Source: an uncultured Anaerolineae bacterium (lineage in GTDB: Bacteria; Chloroflexota; Anaerolineae; Aggregatilineales; Ch27). Taken from it: a stretch of DNA of 64,000 nucleotides. Below the pieces are notes generated by a model, which worked only from the letters and a program-made list of their open reading frames with translations, ran no database searches and was not told the DNA's origin. This document shows, one piece after another, positions 29,280-39,374 of this stretch (the stretch's first letter is position 1; the number at the start of each line of letters is the position of its first letter). Made by a program: the position numbers and the translations under genes. The stretch lies in contig CAZGXI010000009.1 of the NCBI GenBank assembly GCA_964529715.1, forward strand, positions 20,349 through 84,348. The letters run 5' to 3'.

Positions 29280-30806
29280 ATGCCTTGGGAACCGACCAAT
29301 GTCGAGCGGGACCGCCTGCAAAAACTGGCCCGTCTGGAGGAGCAGGGGATCGAGCCGTATCCCCGCCGTGTAGAGCGGACCCATACGACTCTTCAAGCGG
29401 TGGCTGCTTACGAGTCTGCCGAAGGAAACGGCGAAGCGGCGGAGAGTATTGAGGTTATTGTCTGTGGGCGGGTGAAGCGTCAGAACATCAAGGGCAGGGT
29501 CGCCTTTTGGCACATCGAGGATGGGGCTGGGCGTGTCCAGTTGATGATCCGCCAGGATGACGTGGGCGAGCAAACTTACGATCTGGTCAAGACCAAACTG
29601 ATCGAGCTGGACGACTTTGTACAGGCTGGCGGCGTGATGATGCGTACACAGGCGGGCGAGGTCAGCGTGCGCGTCTTCAACCTGCGCCTGCTGGCAAAGG
29701 CACTTAGCCCATTGCCGGTGATCAAGGAACAGATCAATGAAGATGGCAGTGTGACCCGTTATGGGGCGTTCACCGATGTAGAGCAGCGTTACCGCCAGCG
29801 GTACGCCGACCTGGCGGTGAACCCGGATGTGCGAGAGGTGTTCCGGGCGCGTGCCAAAACCGTGAGTGCCATCCGCCGCTTTCTGGACGGTGAGGGCTTC
29901 CTCGAAGTGGAGACTCCCATCCTCCAGCCGATCTACGGTGGTGCGGCGGCGCGGCCTTTTGTCACCCACCACAACCAGCTTGATCAGGACCTTTACCTGC
30001 GCATCAGTTTCGAGCTTTACCTCAAGCGGCTGCTGGTCGGGATGTACGATGCGGTCTATGAGATCGGGCGTGACTTCCGCAACGAAGGAGTCAGCTTCAA
30101 ACACAATCCGGAATTTACCCAGATCGAGTTCTACAAGGCGTATATCGACTACCAGGGGGTGATGGACCTCACTGAGCGATTGGTGTCTTATGCGGCGGAA
30201 CAGGTCACGGGCAGCCCGATCATCCGCTACCAGGGCAACACCATCGATCTGCGCCCACCCTGGAAACGATGGAAACTGCGCGACGCTATCCGTGAGTGCG
30301 TGGGCATCGACTACCTGGATCACGCAGACGCCGAATCGCTGGCAGCTGCCATGCAGGAGCGTGGGTTTGAGACCCGACCCGGCGCGACATGGGGAAAACT
30401 GGTGGATGAGCTGTTGGGCAAAGGGGTCGAACCGACCCTGATCCAGCCGACCTTTATTATCGACTACCCACGCGACATCTCACCGTTCGCCAAGCGCAGT
30501 CCTGATGATGAGCGGCACGTCGAACGGTTCGAGTTCTTCATCGGTGGCATGGAGATGGGCAACGCCTTCACCGAGTTGAACGATCCCCGCGATCAGGAGG
30601 CGCGTTTTTTGGAGATGGGCCGTCTGTATGGAGAAGAAGACGAAGAATCCGCGCCACTGGACGAGGATTACCTGCGTGCCATGCGCTATGGGATGCCGCC
30701 GAACGGCGGTTGGGGGATGGGACTGGACCGTCTGGTGATGCTGCTCACCGACCAGCGCAGCATCCGCGATGTCTTGCTTTACCCGCACCTGCGGGATAGA
30801 GATTGA
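29280..30806 (+). CDS. lysS: lysine--tRNA ligase, class II
   Basis: N-terminal OB fold, class II motifs (FRNEG, GGMEMGNAFTELNDP, GLDRLVMLL). RBS GAGGGAGG lies inside the end of the upstream gene. Confidence 0.95.
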   Translation: MPWEPTNVERDRLQKLARLEEQGIEPYPRRVERTHTTLQAVAAYESAEGNGEAAESIEVIVCGRVKRQNIKGRVAFWHIEDGAGRVQLMIRQDDVGEQTYDLVKTKLIELDDFVQAGGVMMRTQAGEVSVRVFNLRLLAKALSPLPVIKEQINEDGSVTRYGAFTDVEQRYRQRYADLAVNPDVREVFRARAKTVSAIRRFLDGEGFLEVETPILQPIYGGAAARPFVTHHNQLDQDLYLRISFELYLKRLLVGMYDAVYEIGRDFRNEGVSFKHNPEFTQIEFYKAYIDYQGVMDLTERLVSYAAEQVTGSPIIRYQGNTIDLRPPWKRWKLRDAIRECVGIDYLDHADAESLAAAMQERGFETRPGATWGKLVDELLGKGVEPTLIQPTFIIDYPRDISPFAKRSPDDERHVERFEFFIGGMEMGNAFTELNDPRDQEARFLEMGRLYGEEDEESAPLDEDYLRAMRYGMPPNGGWGMGLDRLVMLLTDQRSIRDVLLYPHLRDRD

Positions 30807-30820
30807 GCGAAACCGAGCAG

Positions 30821-30849
30821 GGCAGCGGCGGATCAAATCCGCCGCTGCC
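30821..30849. terminator. 13-bp perfect hairpin between convergent genes (bidirectional terminator candidate)
   Basis: GGCAGCGGCGGAT-caa-ATCCGCCGCTGCC. Only a weak T/A tract on either side. Confidence 0.6.
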
Positions 30850-30871
30850 TTCCCAAACCCTACAGGAATGT

Positions 30872-31171
30872 TTAGCCATACTTGTTCATCAACACGTTGA
30901 TCAGGTTGCTGACATTGCCTGCTGCCGCATCGCGCCCAGACATCAGCGATCCCAGGCCCATGCCCAGTCCGCTCTTGGATTGGCGCTCCTCAACATCCAT
31001 ATCCGCTGCTTCTTCAAAGGCTTCCGGTTTGAGATTGCGCAGCATCTTGAGTTCGGCAGCTTCCAGATCGTAGTCTTTCAAAATTTCTTCCGGCGACTCC
31101 AGCAGGCGCTTCCGATAGCCTTCGTCTGTCAGAGCTTTAGTGATGATTTCCGTCAATCCTTGCGAAGCCAT
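30872..31171 (-). CDS. small NHLP/LigA-like protein (99 aa)
   Basis: ATG at 31171 with GGAGG 5 nt upstream. N-terminus TEIITKALTDEGYRKRLLESPEEILKDYDLEAAELKML resembles nitrile-hydratase-leader/LigA-subunit-like helices. Gly/Ser/Met-rich C-terminal tail. Lower GC than neighbours. Confidence 0.6.
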   Translation of the reverse strand: MASQGLTEIITKALTDEGYRKRLLESPEEILKDYDLEAAELKMLRNLKPEAFEEAADMDVEERQSKSGLGMGLGSLMSGRDAAAGNVSNLINVLMNKYG

Positions 31172-31315
31172 TGCATCCTCCCCTGGTCTAGAATGTGATA
31201 ATTCTGTTATATCATAGATTTTGCCAACCGACAGCCGCACGGTCTGTAGTCGTTTTGTGATAAAATAAGTCTCAGTGTGGACGGCCTATAAACGCTGCTG
31301 ATAGGTGAGGGACTC

Positions 31316-33073
31316 ATGCGACCAACCCCTCCTCCCCCCAGAACGCCTGCCCCCCCGGCTGGCCGCGCCCGGCGTGGCAGCGCACGCAAGCGCCAGGTAG
31401 AGCGTCGTTCCCGCCGCCAACCTGCGCCGGTGGGTCAGCCTGCCGCTGCCAGATACCTCACGCATTCTGTGCACCCATCGCGTCCTCCCAACCGGGGTGA
31501 TGTCATCGACGCAGCCATGGCGAGCCTGCGCGCTGCCCTGCGTAATGTCTCCTGGACAGTGGTCGGAGGCCAGGCGGCGCTGGTCCTGATCGTGTTGTTG
31601 GGGTTGATTTTCGTCTTTTCCCTCGTCGTCACATATTCGGCGGGTACAATTCTGCCTGGCGTATCTTCGATAGGGGTGAATCTAAGCGGGATGGACGAGG
31701 CGCAGGCAGGCGCCGCTCTTCAGGCTGCCTGGGAACGCCAGGGGTTGACTCTGCGTGACGGCGACCGGACCTGGCAGGTGGCGCCTGCCGACCTGGGGTT
31801 CTGGATCGATACGGTTTCGACGGCGCGGCGGGCTTTGCGCTATGGGCGCGAGGATGGCGGCCTGGGGGCCATGATCGGCGCGGTGCTGGGTGGGGCCGTG
31901 GTGCCGCCTGTCGTCGAACTCAATATCGAGGCGGCGCGCGATGGCCTGTATCGTGTGGCGGAAATGGTCGATGTCCGTCCGCGCAACGCTACCCTGCAAA
32001 TGCAGGGCGTGATTGTCACCCATATTCCGGCTGCACCAGGACGCCGGTTGAATACTGCGCTGCTGTTGTCCGCGCTTGACGTTAATCCTGGCGCGATGAT
32101 TGCCGACGGCGTGATTAACCTGCCGATGATCCCAATTGCCCCAGATGTGACCGACGCGACGCCCCTGGTCGAGTTTGCGCAGACCCTCATCGGGCGGCCT
32201 CTGGTTGTCGAGGCTTACGACCCGGTCTCGAACCAATCTTATACGTTAGTATCTCCATCTGATCAGTGGGGGCAGTGGCTGGGTACGCGGCTGGTTTATG
32301 AACAGACCGGGCCGCGTCTGTATCTGTCGCTGTCGGCGGCGCAAGTGCGTTCCTATCTGGAGGCGCAGGCGGCTACCCTGCCGCCGCCACTGACGCTAGA
32401 CGTTGGAGACGGTATTCAAGCCATCCAGGATTCGGTCGCCAACGGCTCGCTGTCTACCTGGGTGACGGTGCGCTACCTGCCGACGGTCTACACGGTGCAG
32501 CGTGGCGAGACTGCCTACAGCATTTCCCGCACCGAGGGAATTCCGTTCTACATGATCCAGCAGGCCAACCCAGGCCGCGACCTGTCTGTGCTATATGTCG
32601 GCGATCAGATCAACCTGCCGTCACGCGACCTGATGATCCCGCTGCGCCCGGTGCGTAACAAGCGCGTCGTGGTGGACCTCAGCGACCAGTATATGTGGGC
32701 TTACGAGAATGGTCAGGTGGTTTTCGAGTGGGCCGTTTCGACCGGTATTCCCGAAGCGCCCACGTCGTCGGGAGTGTTCCAGATTTTGAGCCACGAGGAA
32801 CGCGCCTACGGCAGCGGCTTTGCCCTGTGCGATGAAAACGGCAATTTTTCCTGCGGCCAGTGGGTGATGCACTGGTTCATGGGCGTCTACGAAGCTGTAC
32901 CGGGCCTGATGAACGGTTTTCACGGCGCGGTGGAGTTGCCCAATGGACGTTATCTTGGTGGCGGCAATGTCGGGCGGCCTTACACCTATGGCTGCATTAT
33001 GATGCTCGATGGCAACGCTGAGCGGTTTTACCACTGGGCAGAAGAAGGCGTTGTTGTGGAAATCCGACAGTGA
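31316..33073 (+). CDS. L,D-transpeptidase (YkuD) with N-terminal TM anchor, putative PG-binding region and LysM domain
   Basis: LysM: YTVQRGETAYSISRTEGIPFYMIQQANP...GDQINLP. YkuD: VVVDLSDQYMWAYENGQVV...FHG...YGCIMM. The start is uncertain because the N-terminus is Pro/Arg-rich. Confidence 0.8.
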   Translation: MRPTPPPPRTPAPPAGRARRGSARKRQVERRSRRQPAPVGQPAAARYLTHSVHPSRPPNRGDVIDAAMASLRAALRNVSWTVVGGQAALVLIVLLGLIFVFSLVVTYSAGTILPGVSSIGVNLSGMDEAQAGAALQAAWERQGLTLRDGDRTWQVAPADLGFWIDTVSTARRALRYGREDGGLGAMIGAVLGGAVVPPVVELNIEAARDGLYRVAEMVDVRPRNATLQMQGVIVTHIPAAPGRRLNTALLLSALDVNPGAMIADGVINLPMIPIAPDVTDATPLVEFAQTLIGRPLVVEAYDPVSNQSYTLVSPSDQWGQWLGTRLVYEQTGPRLYLSLSAAQVRSYLEAQAATLPPPLTLDVGDGIQAIQDSVANGSLSTWVTVRYLPTVYTVQRGETAYSISRTEGIPFYMIQQANPGRDLSVLYVGDQINLPSRDLMIPLRPVRNKRVVVDLSDQYMWAYENGQVVFEWAVSTGIPEAPTSSGVFQILSHEERAYGSGFALCDENGNFSCGQWVMHWFMGVYEAVPGLMNGFHGAVELPNGRYLGGGNVGRPYTYGCIMMLDGNAERFYHWAEEGVVVEIRQ

Positions 33074-33099
33074 GCTGCCAGCTTTCGGGCAGCTGAGGG

Positions 33100-33849
33100 C
33101 TACTCCGGCGGGGGGGCATCCTCTTCTGCCAGGGTCATCAGCAGCCATTGATCCGCTTCGGTTAGCGGCGCGGTAAGCAGCAGGTCTGGGCGGCGCTGCC
33201 AGGTACGCCGGAGGGCCTGTTCGCGCCGCCAGCGAGCCACACGCGCGTGATCCCCGCTGCTGAGCACCTCTGGCACAGCCAGACCCCGGAACTTGGCAGG
33301 GCGGGTGTAGTGTGGCCCTTCGAGCAGGCCCGTAGCGTGACTGTCGTCTGCGGCGGCCCAGGCCGCTCCCAACACACCGGGAATCAGCCGTGCCACCGCG
33401 TCGATCAGCACCATGGCCGGAAGCTCACCGCCGGTCAGCACGTAATCGCCGATGCTGATCTCGTCGGTGACGATCAACTCCCGCACGCGCTCGTCTACAC
33501 CCTCATAGTGCCCACAGATCAGGGCCAGCCGCTCATACCGCGCCAAGTCTTCTACGCCTTGCTGGGTGAGTACCCTGCCTTGCGGCGAGAACAAGATCAC
33601 GGGTATCTGTCCCAATGCATTTCCTAATACATCTTCGACGGCAGCCACAATTGGCTCGACTTTCATAATCATGCCGCCACCACCGCCGTAAGGGGTGTCA
33701 TCGGTGATGTGATGTCGGTCGGTGGTGTAGGTGCGGATGTCGTGCAGAGCGACGGTCAGCAGGCCGCTCTCCTGTGCCCGCTTGAGGATGCTTTCGGTGA
33801 GCGGACCTGCAAACATGCCCGGAAAGAGGGTGAACACGTCAATGCGCAT
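33100..33849 (-). CDS. trmD: tRNA (guanine37-N1)-methyltransferase
   Basis: [13 protein letters not shown]...[11 protein letters not shown]...[14 protein letters not shown]. Confidence 0.95.
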   Translation of the reverse strand: MRIDVFTLFPGMFAGPLTESILKRAQESGLLTVALHDIRTYTTDRHHITDDTPYGGGGGMIMKVEPIVAAVEDVLGNALGQIPVILFSPQGRVLTQQGVEDLARYERLALICGHYEGVDERVRELIVTDEISIGDYVLTGGELPAMVLIDAVARLIPGVLGAAWAAADDSHATGLLEGPHYTRPAKFRGLAVPEVLSSGDHARVARWRREQALRRTWQRRPDLLLTAPLTEADQWLLMTLAEEDAPPPE

Positions 33850-33961
33850 GGGCGGCAGCTTTCGGGGTAAAGTAGCCCGGTTCGGTCAAGATTCGTATAA
33901 TAGATGATACCTTACGGGCAGGTCGGGCAAAAATGTTTGGGTACAAGCGGGGGGAAAAGCC

Positions 33962-36061
33962 GTGTCTGCATCACTGGTCGGGCGCACGCTGGGGAAATAT
34001 GAAATTGTCGGGTTGCTAGGCCAGGGCGGCATGGCGACCGTCTACAAGGCTTATCAGCGAGAAATCGACCGCCATGTCGCGCTCAAGGTGCTGCCGCCGC
34101 ATCCCGGCCAGGACCCGCAGTATGTGGAACGCTTTCGCCTGGAAGCGCGCACAGTCGCCCGCCTCCAGCACCCGCACATCCTGCCGCTTTACGATTATGG
34201 CAACCAGGACGACATCCTCTTCCTGGTGACGGCTTACGTCGAAGGCGGCTCGCTGGGCGACCGCATCCGGCTTGGGCCGATGCCGCTGGCCGACGTGGAT
34301 CACGTGCTGCGCCAGGTTTCTTCTGCGCTGGACTACGCCCACAAGAACGGCATGATCCACCGCGACATCAAGCCGGATAACATCCTGCTGGATAAAGAGG
34401 GCAACGCCCTGCTGGCAGATTTCGGCATCGTCAAGTTGGCAGAAAGCGACGCCAACCTGACCGCGACAGGGGGGATGGTCGGCACGCCTGCCTATATGGC
34501 CCCGGAGCAGGGACAGGGGTTGTCCGTCGGCCCTGCCACCGACGTGTATTCGCTGGGGGTGGTCGTCTTCGAGATGATCTCCGGCCAGCAGCCGTATACG
34601 GCGGATACGGGTTTGCAGATCGTGCTCAAGCACATTACTGAGCCGATCCCCAGTATCGTTGCGATCAAGCCAGAGGTGCCGCCTGCCGTTGATCTCGTGC
34701 TCCAGCGCGCGCTGGCGAAAGACCCGCGCAGCCGTTATCCGACCGGTGGAGAGTTCGCCGTTGATTTTGCCAAAGCCGTCCAGGGACGTGCCACATCCGC
34801 CGGGCGACAGGCTGCGTCGCCGCTGCACCGGCAAACGGATGTCAACGTCGAAGTCCTGGCGCAGCGGATCAGGACCGTCCCGCTGCAGCAGGCAGCCGCG
34901 CAGGGTACGGAACGCCCGTCCGTCAGACCGGCATGGCTGCTCGCCGGGCTTGTCGTCATTGCCCTGCTGGCGGTGGTGGTCATTTTGCTGGCGAATGCAC
35001 TGGGTCAGCAGGGTGCGACGATAGGCCAGGCTGCCGCCGGTGAGACAGCCGAAGCTGAGGCGATGACGGCCAGAACCCCGACGGCTGCAGCCGTTGCCAG
35101 CGAACCTTCCGCAACGGTTGTTCCCACGTTCGGCAGGCTGAGTTTCAGCACGGCCAATAGCCTGGGCGATGCGGCGAACCTCCAGGTTCAAAATCTCGCC
35201 CCGCCCGGCAGCGGGCGGTTCTACGCTGCCTGGCTGCAAAACACGGTCGAGGATACCCTGCTGGCGCTTGGGCGTCTGACGGTGGACGGGTTCGGCAGCG
35301 GCGTGCTTTCTTACACCGATCCCGCAGGGCGCACACTGTCCGCGCTGTACAATGTTCTCCTGATCACGCGCGAGGAGGCCCTGGGTGACGCTCCGGCGGG
35401 TGAAGTCGCTTACAGCGGCTTTGTGCCGCCGGAGGTCATGGCCGGGCTGGCGGTCATCCTGAGCGGCTTCCAGCCGCAGAGTGCCGGGTCTCATGCGCAG
35501 ACGTGGAGCGAAGGGCAAAGCCTGCTGCAAGGGGCCATCGCCGAGGCGCAGATCGGAATGACCCATGCCGGACTGGCCTCTGGCGCGTCGAACACCGGCG
35601 GGATGCGCACCCACGCCGAGCACACGATCAACATCTTACTGGGAACCGCAGACGATTTGAACGGCGACTCGTTCGGGCAAAATCCGGGTCTGGGTTACGG
35701 CGTCCCGTATTTCCTGGACCGTATCGACGAAAGCCTGCTGGCGGTGGCTAATGCGCCCGGCGCATCGACTTCACTTCAGGCCCAGGTGGAACTGATTCGC
35801 GTCTGCACCGATAACGTGCGCGCCTGGCTGGATCAGGTGGTTGGCCTGGAGCGCGAATTGCTTGACGCGCAGGATTTGGACGCCGTTGCTGCTCAGCGTG
35901 CCCGGTCTACGCAAATCGCATCCACTCTGACGGACGGGTTCGATCTCAACGGCAACGGCCAGGTAGAGCCGTTTGAAGGCGAATGCGGGCTGCTTCAGAT
36001 CGCGGATTTCGGTGTGTTGGTCGGCAGCGTGTTCGTTGTGCAGGGGCCGCCCACCGGTTAG
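33962..36061 (+). CDS. Ser/Thr protein kinase with single TM and large extracytoplasmic C-terminal domain
   Basis: GQGGMATVYKA, HRDIKPDNILL, DFGIVK, GTPAYMAPE. TM at AWLLAGLVVIALLAVVVILLA. GTG start. Confidence 0.9.
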   Translation: MSASLVGRTLGKYEIVGLLGQGGMATVYKAYQREIDRHVALKVLPPHPGQDPQYVERFRLEARTVARLQHPHILPLYDYGNQDDILFLVTAYVEGGSLGDRIRLGPMPLADVDHVLRQVSSALDYAHKNGMIHRDIKPDNILLDKEGNALLADFGIVKLAESDANLTATGGMVGTPAYMAPEQGQGLSVGPATDVYSLGVVVFEMISGQQPYTADTGLQIVLKHITEPIPSIVAIKPEVPPAVDLVLQRALAKDPRSRYPTGGEFAVDFAKAVQGRATSAGRQAASPLHRQTDVNVEVLAQRIRTVPLQQAAAQGTERPSVRPAWLLAGLVVIALLAVVVILLANALGQQGATIGQAAAGETAEAEAMTARTPTAAAVASEPSATVVPTFGRLSFSTANSLGDAANLQVQNLAPPGSGRFYAAWLQNTVEDTLLALGRLTVDGFGSGVLSYTDPAGRTLSALYNVLLITREEALGDAPAGEVAYSGFVPPEVMAGLAVILSGFQPQSAGSHAQTWSEGQSLLQGAIAEAQIGMTHAGLASGASNTGGMRTHAEHTINILLGTADDLNGDSFGQNPGLGYGVPYFLDRIDESLLAVANAPGASTSLQAQVELIRVCTDNVRAWLDQVVGLERELLDAQDLDAVAAQRARSTQIASTLTDGFDLNGNGQVEPFEGECGLLQIADFGVLVGSVFVVQGPPTG

Positions 36062-36078
36062 GAAGGCGCAGACGGCGT

Positions 36079-36411
36079 TTACCAGGGCGCAGCACTATCG
36101 TCCGAAGAGTCGGGTTCAACCGAGTCGTCGGCCAGGGAGGGGGCGGTTTCCCCGCCGAGGGGTTCTGCCGTGACGTGCGGCTGGTAGCCCAGCAGTTGTA
36201 GCAGGTCGTAGAGTTCTTCCCAGGTCAGTCCCTTGCCGGGAAGGGGCAGCCAGCGCAACTGTGCCAGTACATGGCGTACAAGCATCTCGTCGGCGCGGAA
36301 AATCTGTCCTTCGGCGAGGATCATCTGCGCCCATTGGGCCAAGTAGGCTGCGTCGATCTCGCGGTTCAGATAGGCCAGCAGCCAGTCCCGCACGACGCTT
36401 CGTGTGATCAT
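36079..36411 (-). CDS. hypothetical protein (110 aa, acidic C-terminus)
   Basis: ORF with ATG and nearby GGAG. No family recognised. Confidence 0.4.
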   Translation of the reverse strand: MITRSVVRDWLLAYLNREIDAAYLAQWAQMILAEGQIFRADEMLVRHVLAQLRWLPLPGKGLTWEELYDLLQLLGYQPHVTAEPLGGETAPSLADDSVEPDSSDDSAAPW

Positions 36412-36529
36412 CGTCTCCGTTTCCTCAACGCATTCGTGCTATAATCCACACGGTCGTCACTGCATTGTAGCACACGCGCTTTTTGGATGCTTGCGCCCGG
36501 ATTTAGGAAATGGTCAAAGGGGGCAGTCG

Positions 36530-37030
36530 ATGACAGCACGCATGCCACGTTCGCGCCGTCGGCAACGTGAACGGCTGGAGGTCACGTTTGGTGTTGTCTT
36601 GATTGTCGGCTCACTGGCATTTGGCCTGATCTTTGTGCTGGCGCGGACGACAACCATTTTTGGAACCCCAACCCCCGTGCTGACGCCCGAACCAACTCCT
36701 ACCCTTACGCTTGCGCCGGACCTGAGGCCGCTGCCGCTCACCGGCCTTGTCTTCACCGACCGTGTCGCCGCCGGTGACACCTTTCGGGTGGAAGTTGCCA
36801 CTGAGCCGGGAACGCGCTGTGTGATCCGGGGCTGGTTGTTTCTGTACAGCGCCGGAAATTACCGGGAAATGATATTGGCCGATTACGTCACCGACGCTTC
36901 CGGCGTCTGTCGTGCGTCTACGCCCGTCACGACCGACTGGGCGACCGGTGAGCAGGCCATTCAAATTCAACTGCAAAACGGCACACGCGAGCAGTCGGTG
37001 CGCTGGACATTTCAGGTTGTTGCTCCCTGA
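36530..37030 (+). CDS. hypothetical membrane-anchored protein with Pro/Thr linker
   Basis: Internal ATG at 36530 (MTARMPRSRRRQRER) followed by a TM, then TPTPVLTPEPTPTLTLAP and a beta-rich domain. Confidence 0.5.
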   Translation: MTARMPRSRRRQRERLEVTFGVVLIVGSLAFGLIFVLARTTTIFGTPTPVLTPEPTPTLTLAPDLRPLPLTGLVFTDRVAAGDTFRVEVATEPGTRCVIRGWLFLYSAGNYREMILADYVTDASGVCRASTPVTTDWATGEQAIQIQLQNGTREQSVRWTFQVVAP

Positions 37031-37142
37031 TAGCCCACGTAGCTGTGCGCCGTCGGGATGTTTTCTCACGTTCCGTTCACGGTTTTTAGGGTGGTGGGCG
37101 GTATAATCGGCGCACGGTGAGGCGAAAGGTTGAGGGAGCGCA

Positions 37143-37955
37143 ATGCTCGAAGCAATCCGGGCGGTTGTTTTGGACATGGACGGTGTGCTGTGGCGCGGCG
37201 ATGAGCCGCTGCCCGGCCTGACGCCGTTTTTCGATTTCCTGCGGGGCGAGTCGATCCCCTTCATCCTGGCGACCAACAATAGCACCAAAACAGTCGATAC
37301 TTATGTGCAAAAACTGGCCCGTTTCGGGGTGCAGGCTACGCCGGAAAACATCGTCACCTCGGCGGTGGCGGCGGCGGATTACCTGCGCCGTGCTCACCCG
37401 GATGGCCTGCGCGTGCACGTGTTGGGTGGGCCGGGCTTGCACGAGACGATACGCGCGGCAGGATTTTCACTCGTGGCGGCTGATGCCGACGTGGTGGTGG
37501 TCGGCCTCGACCCTGACCTGACGTATCAGAAGCTGGCCCAGGCAATGCAGTTGATCCGGGGGGGCGCGCGTTTCATCGGCACGAACGGCGACCGGACCTT
37601 TCCGCTGCCGGATCGGCTTGTGCCCGGCGCGGGCAGCATCCTGGCGGCGCTGCAAGCCTGCACGGATCAGGTTCCTCTGATCATCGGCAAGCCGGAGAAG
37701 CCGATGTTCGAGATCGCGCTGGATCGCCTGGGCACACCTGCCGGGCGGACGCTGATGGTCGGCGATCGTCTGGATACAGACATCCTGGGCGGGCAGCAGG
37801 CAGGGCTGCGCACCGCGCTGGTGCTGACCGGTGTCACCTCGCCGGAGGTGCTGGCGGCGGGCAGCGTTCGACCGGACTATGTTTTCAACGACCTGAAAGC
37901 CCTCCACGCGGCCTGGGCGGCTGCGCGGGGGGATAAGGGTATAGGATCGGGATAG
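37143..37955 (+). CDS. HAD-IIA family phosphatase (NagD-like)
   Basis: VVLDMDGVLWRG, ATNNS, GKPE, MVGDRLDTDILGG. RBS GAGGGAG. TATAAT at 37102-37107. Confidence 0.85.
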   Translation: MLEAIRAVVLDMDGVLWRGDEPLPGLTPFFDFLRGESIPFILATNNSTKTVDTYVQKLARFGVQATPENIVTSAVAAADYLRRAHPDGLRVHVLGGPGLHETIRAAGFSLVAADADVVVVGLDPDLTYQKLAQAMQLIRGGARFIGTNGDRTFPLPDRLVPGAGSILAALQACTDQVPLIIGKPEKPMFEIALDRLGTPAGRTLMVGDRLDTDILGGQQAGLRTALVLTGVTSPEVLAAGSVRPDYVFNDLKALHAAWAAARGDKGIGSG

Positions 37956-37979
37956 TGCTAGGAAGGTGGAGAGTCACGG

Positions 37980-39281
37980 ATGCCTGCAATGTGGAAGCGA
38001 CGGGTTTGGATTTGGGGCGCTGTTCTGGCGTATCTGGGACTTGCCGTTCTCGCGGCGCTGTCGGCGGGAGGGGCTGTCCTGGCGCAGGCCGATCCGACGC
38101 CGACGCCCGGCCTGGATGACGGTGTCTACGGTGAGTTAGATGGCCCACGCCCACCTATCAGCGAGGGCAGTGCCGCCTGGACGGTGACGGACCCGGTTTT
38201 TGAGAGCCATTACCCAGACGGCTTTACGTTTGAAATCACTGCCGCCAGCAGCGCCGCGCCGATCCGTAACGCGCGCGTAGTGTGGCAGCACGCGCCGGGC
38301 ACAAATTACCAAAACAGCGTCGGCGCCGAGTACGATGAAGACCGGGGCCGCTGGGTGGCTCGCTGGACCCCGACGGGCAGCGGCGGCATTCCGCCCTGGG
38401 TGCTGGTCCGCTATCGTTGGGAGCTGACCGATGAGCAGGCGAACCGCTATGTGACCGGGGAGCGCGACGAGGTTTATGCCGACACGGTGAATGCTGCTCG
38501 CTGGAATCACGTCGAAGACCAGGATGTGGTCGTTTACTGGATCGGTCTGCCGGATGAGATCGGTCAGATGACCCTGGATGCGATGGCGGCGCAGCGCGAA
38601 ACCTATCGCCAGGCGTGGGGTGGCTTGTTGCCTTACCGCCCGCGTGTGATTCTCTACGGTTGGGCAGACATGGCGCTCTATCAGGAAGTGATCGGCGGTC
38701 CGATCCAGGCAGCAGGTGGAATCGTGGCTGGAACGACCGCTGCGGATTGGGGCGGAACGATTCAACTGGCCCTGCCGGGTCGCGAGCTTGAGGAGACCGC
38801 CTACGGCACCGTGTTGCATGAGGTCGCGCATCTATACCAGGAGCAGTTCAGCTACACGATTGTGGACTGGTTTATTGAGGGAAACGCTGAGTTTTTCTCA
38901 CGGCATCGTGACCCTGCTGACTACAGGGCTTATGCCCTGACCCGTTTACAAAGCAACGATCCCCTGTCGTTTGCGGGCGGGTTTAGCGCGCGAGGGCGCA
39001 ACTTCCAGGATGCCTATATTCTGGCGACGACGGTGTGGGATTACCTGGTAGAACGGTATGGCCTGGACGCCCACCGCCAGGTCTGGCAGCTCATTGCCCG
39101 CAATGTGCCGCGCTTCGAGGCTATCGAACGGGTGACCGGTGTCTCGATTCAGCAATTTGAGATGGACTGGCGCGCCTGGGTGGGCGTGACCACGCCGCCG
39201 CCGACGCTGATCCCGGAGCCAACGCCGATGCTTGACATTTTCAACCGTCCCACGCCGACCTTCCCGTCGCCCGGTGGTTAA
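37980..39281 (+). CDS. secreted peptidase-MA-like (gluzincin) protein
   Basis: Signal peptide. HEVAH at 38817-38831 followed by WFIEGNAEFF (HExxH plus a distal Glu). Confidence 0.6.
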   Translation: MPAMWKRRVWIWGAVLAYLGLAVLAALSAGGAVLAQADPTPTPGLDDGVYGELDGPRPPISEGSAAWTVTDPVFESHYPDGFTFEITAASSAAPIRNARVVWQHAPGTNYQNSVGAEYDEDRGRWVARWTPTGSGGIPPWVLVRYRWELTDEQANRYVTGERDEVYADTVNAARWNHVEDQDVVVYWIGLPDEIGQMTLDAMAAQRETYRQAWGGLLPYRPRVILYGWADMALYQEVIGGPIQAAGGIVAGTTAADWGGTIQLALPGRELEETAYGTVLHEVAHLYQEQFSYTIVDWFIEGNAEFFSRHRDPADYRAYALTRLQSNDPLSFAGGFSARGRNFQDAYILATTVWDYLVERYGLDAHRQVWQLIARNVPRFEAIERVTGVSIQQFEMDWRAWVGVTTPPPTLIPEPTPMLDIFNRPTPTFPSPGG

Positions 39282-39374
39282 TGCGATAGCTCGTGTGCTT
39301 GCCGGGGATGCGGGGGCTGTTTTTGCTCTGCGTCTCCGGCAGCTTCGGAGGGATTTGGACTGGCGGTGAACACC

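Noticed and set aside
34016-35623. 535-aa minus-strand ORF opposite the Ser/Thr kinase
   Set aside because: The kinase subdomain motifs are all on the plus strand. The antisense translation is Arg/Gln/Gly-rich with no recognisable fold.
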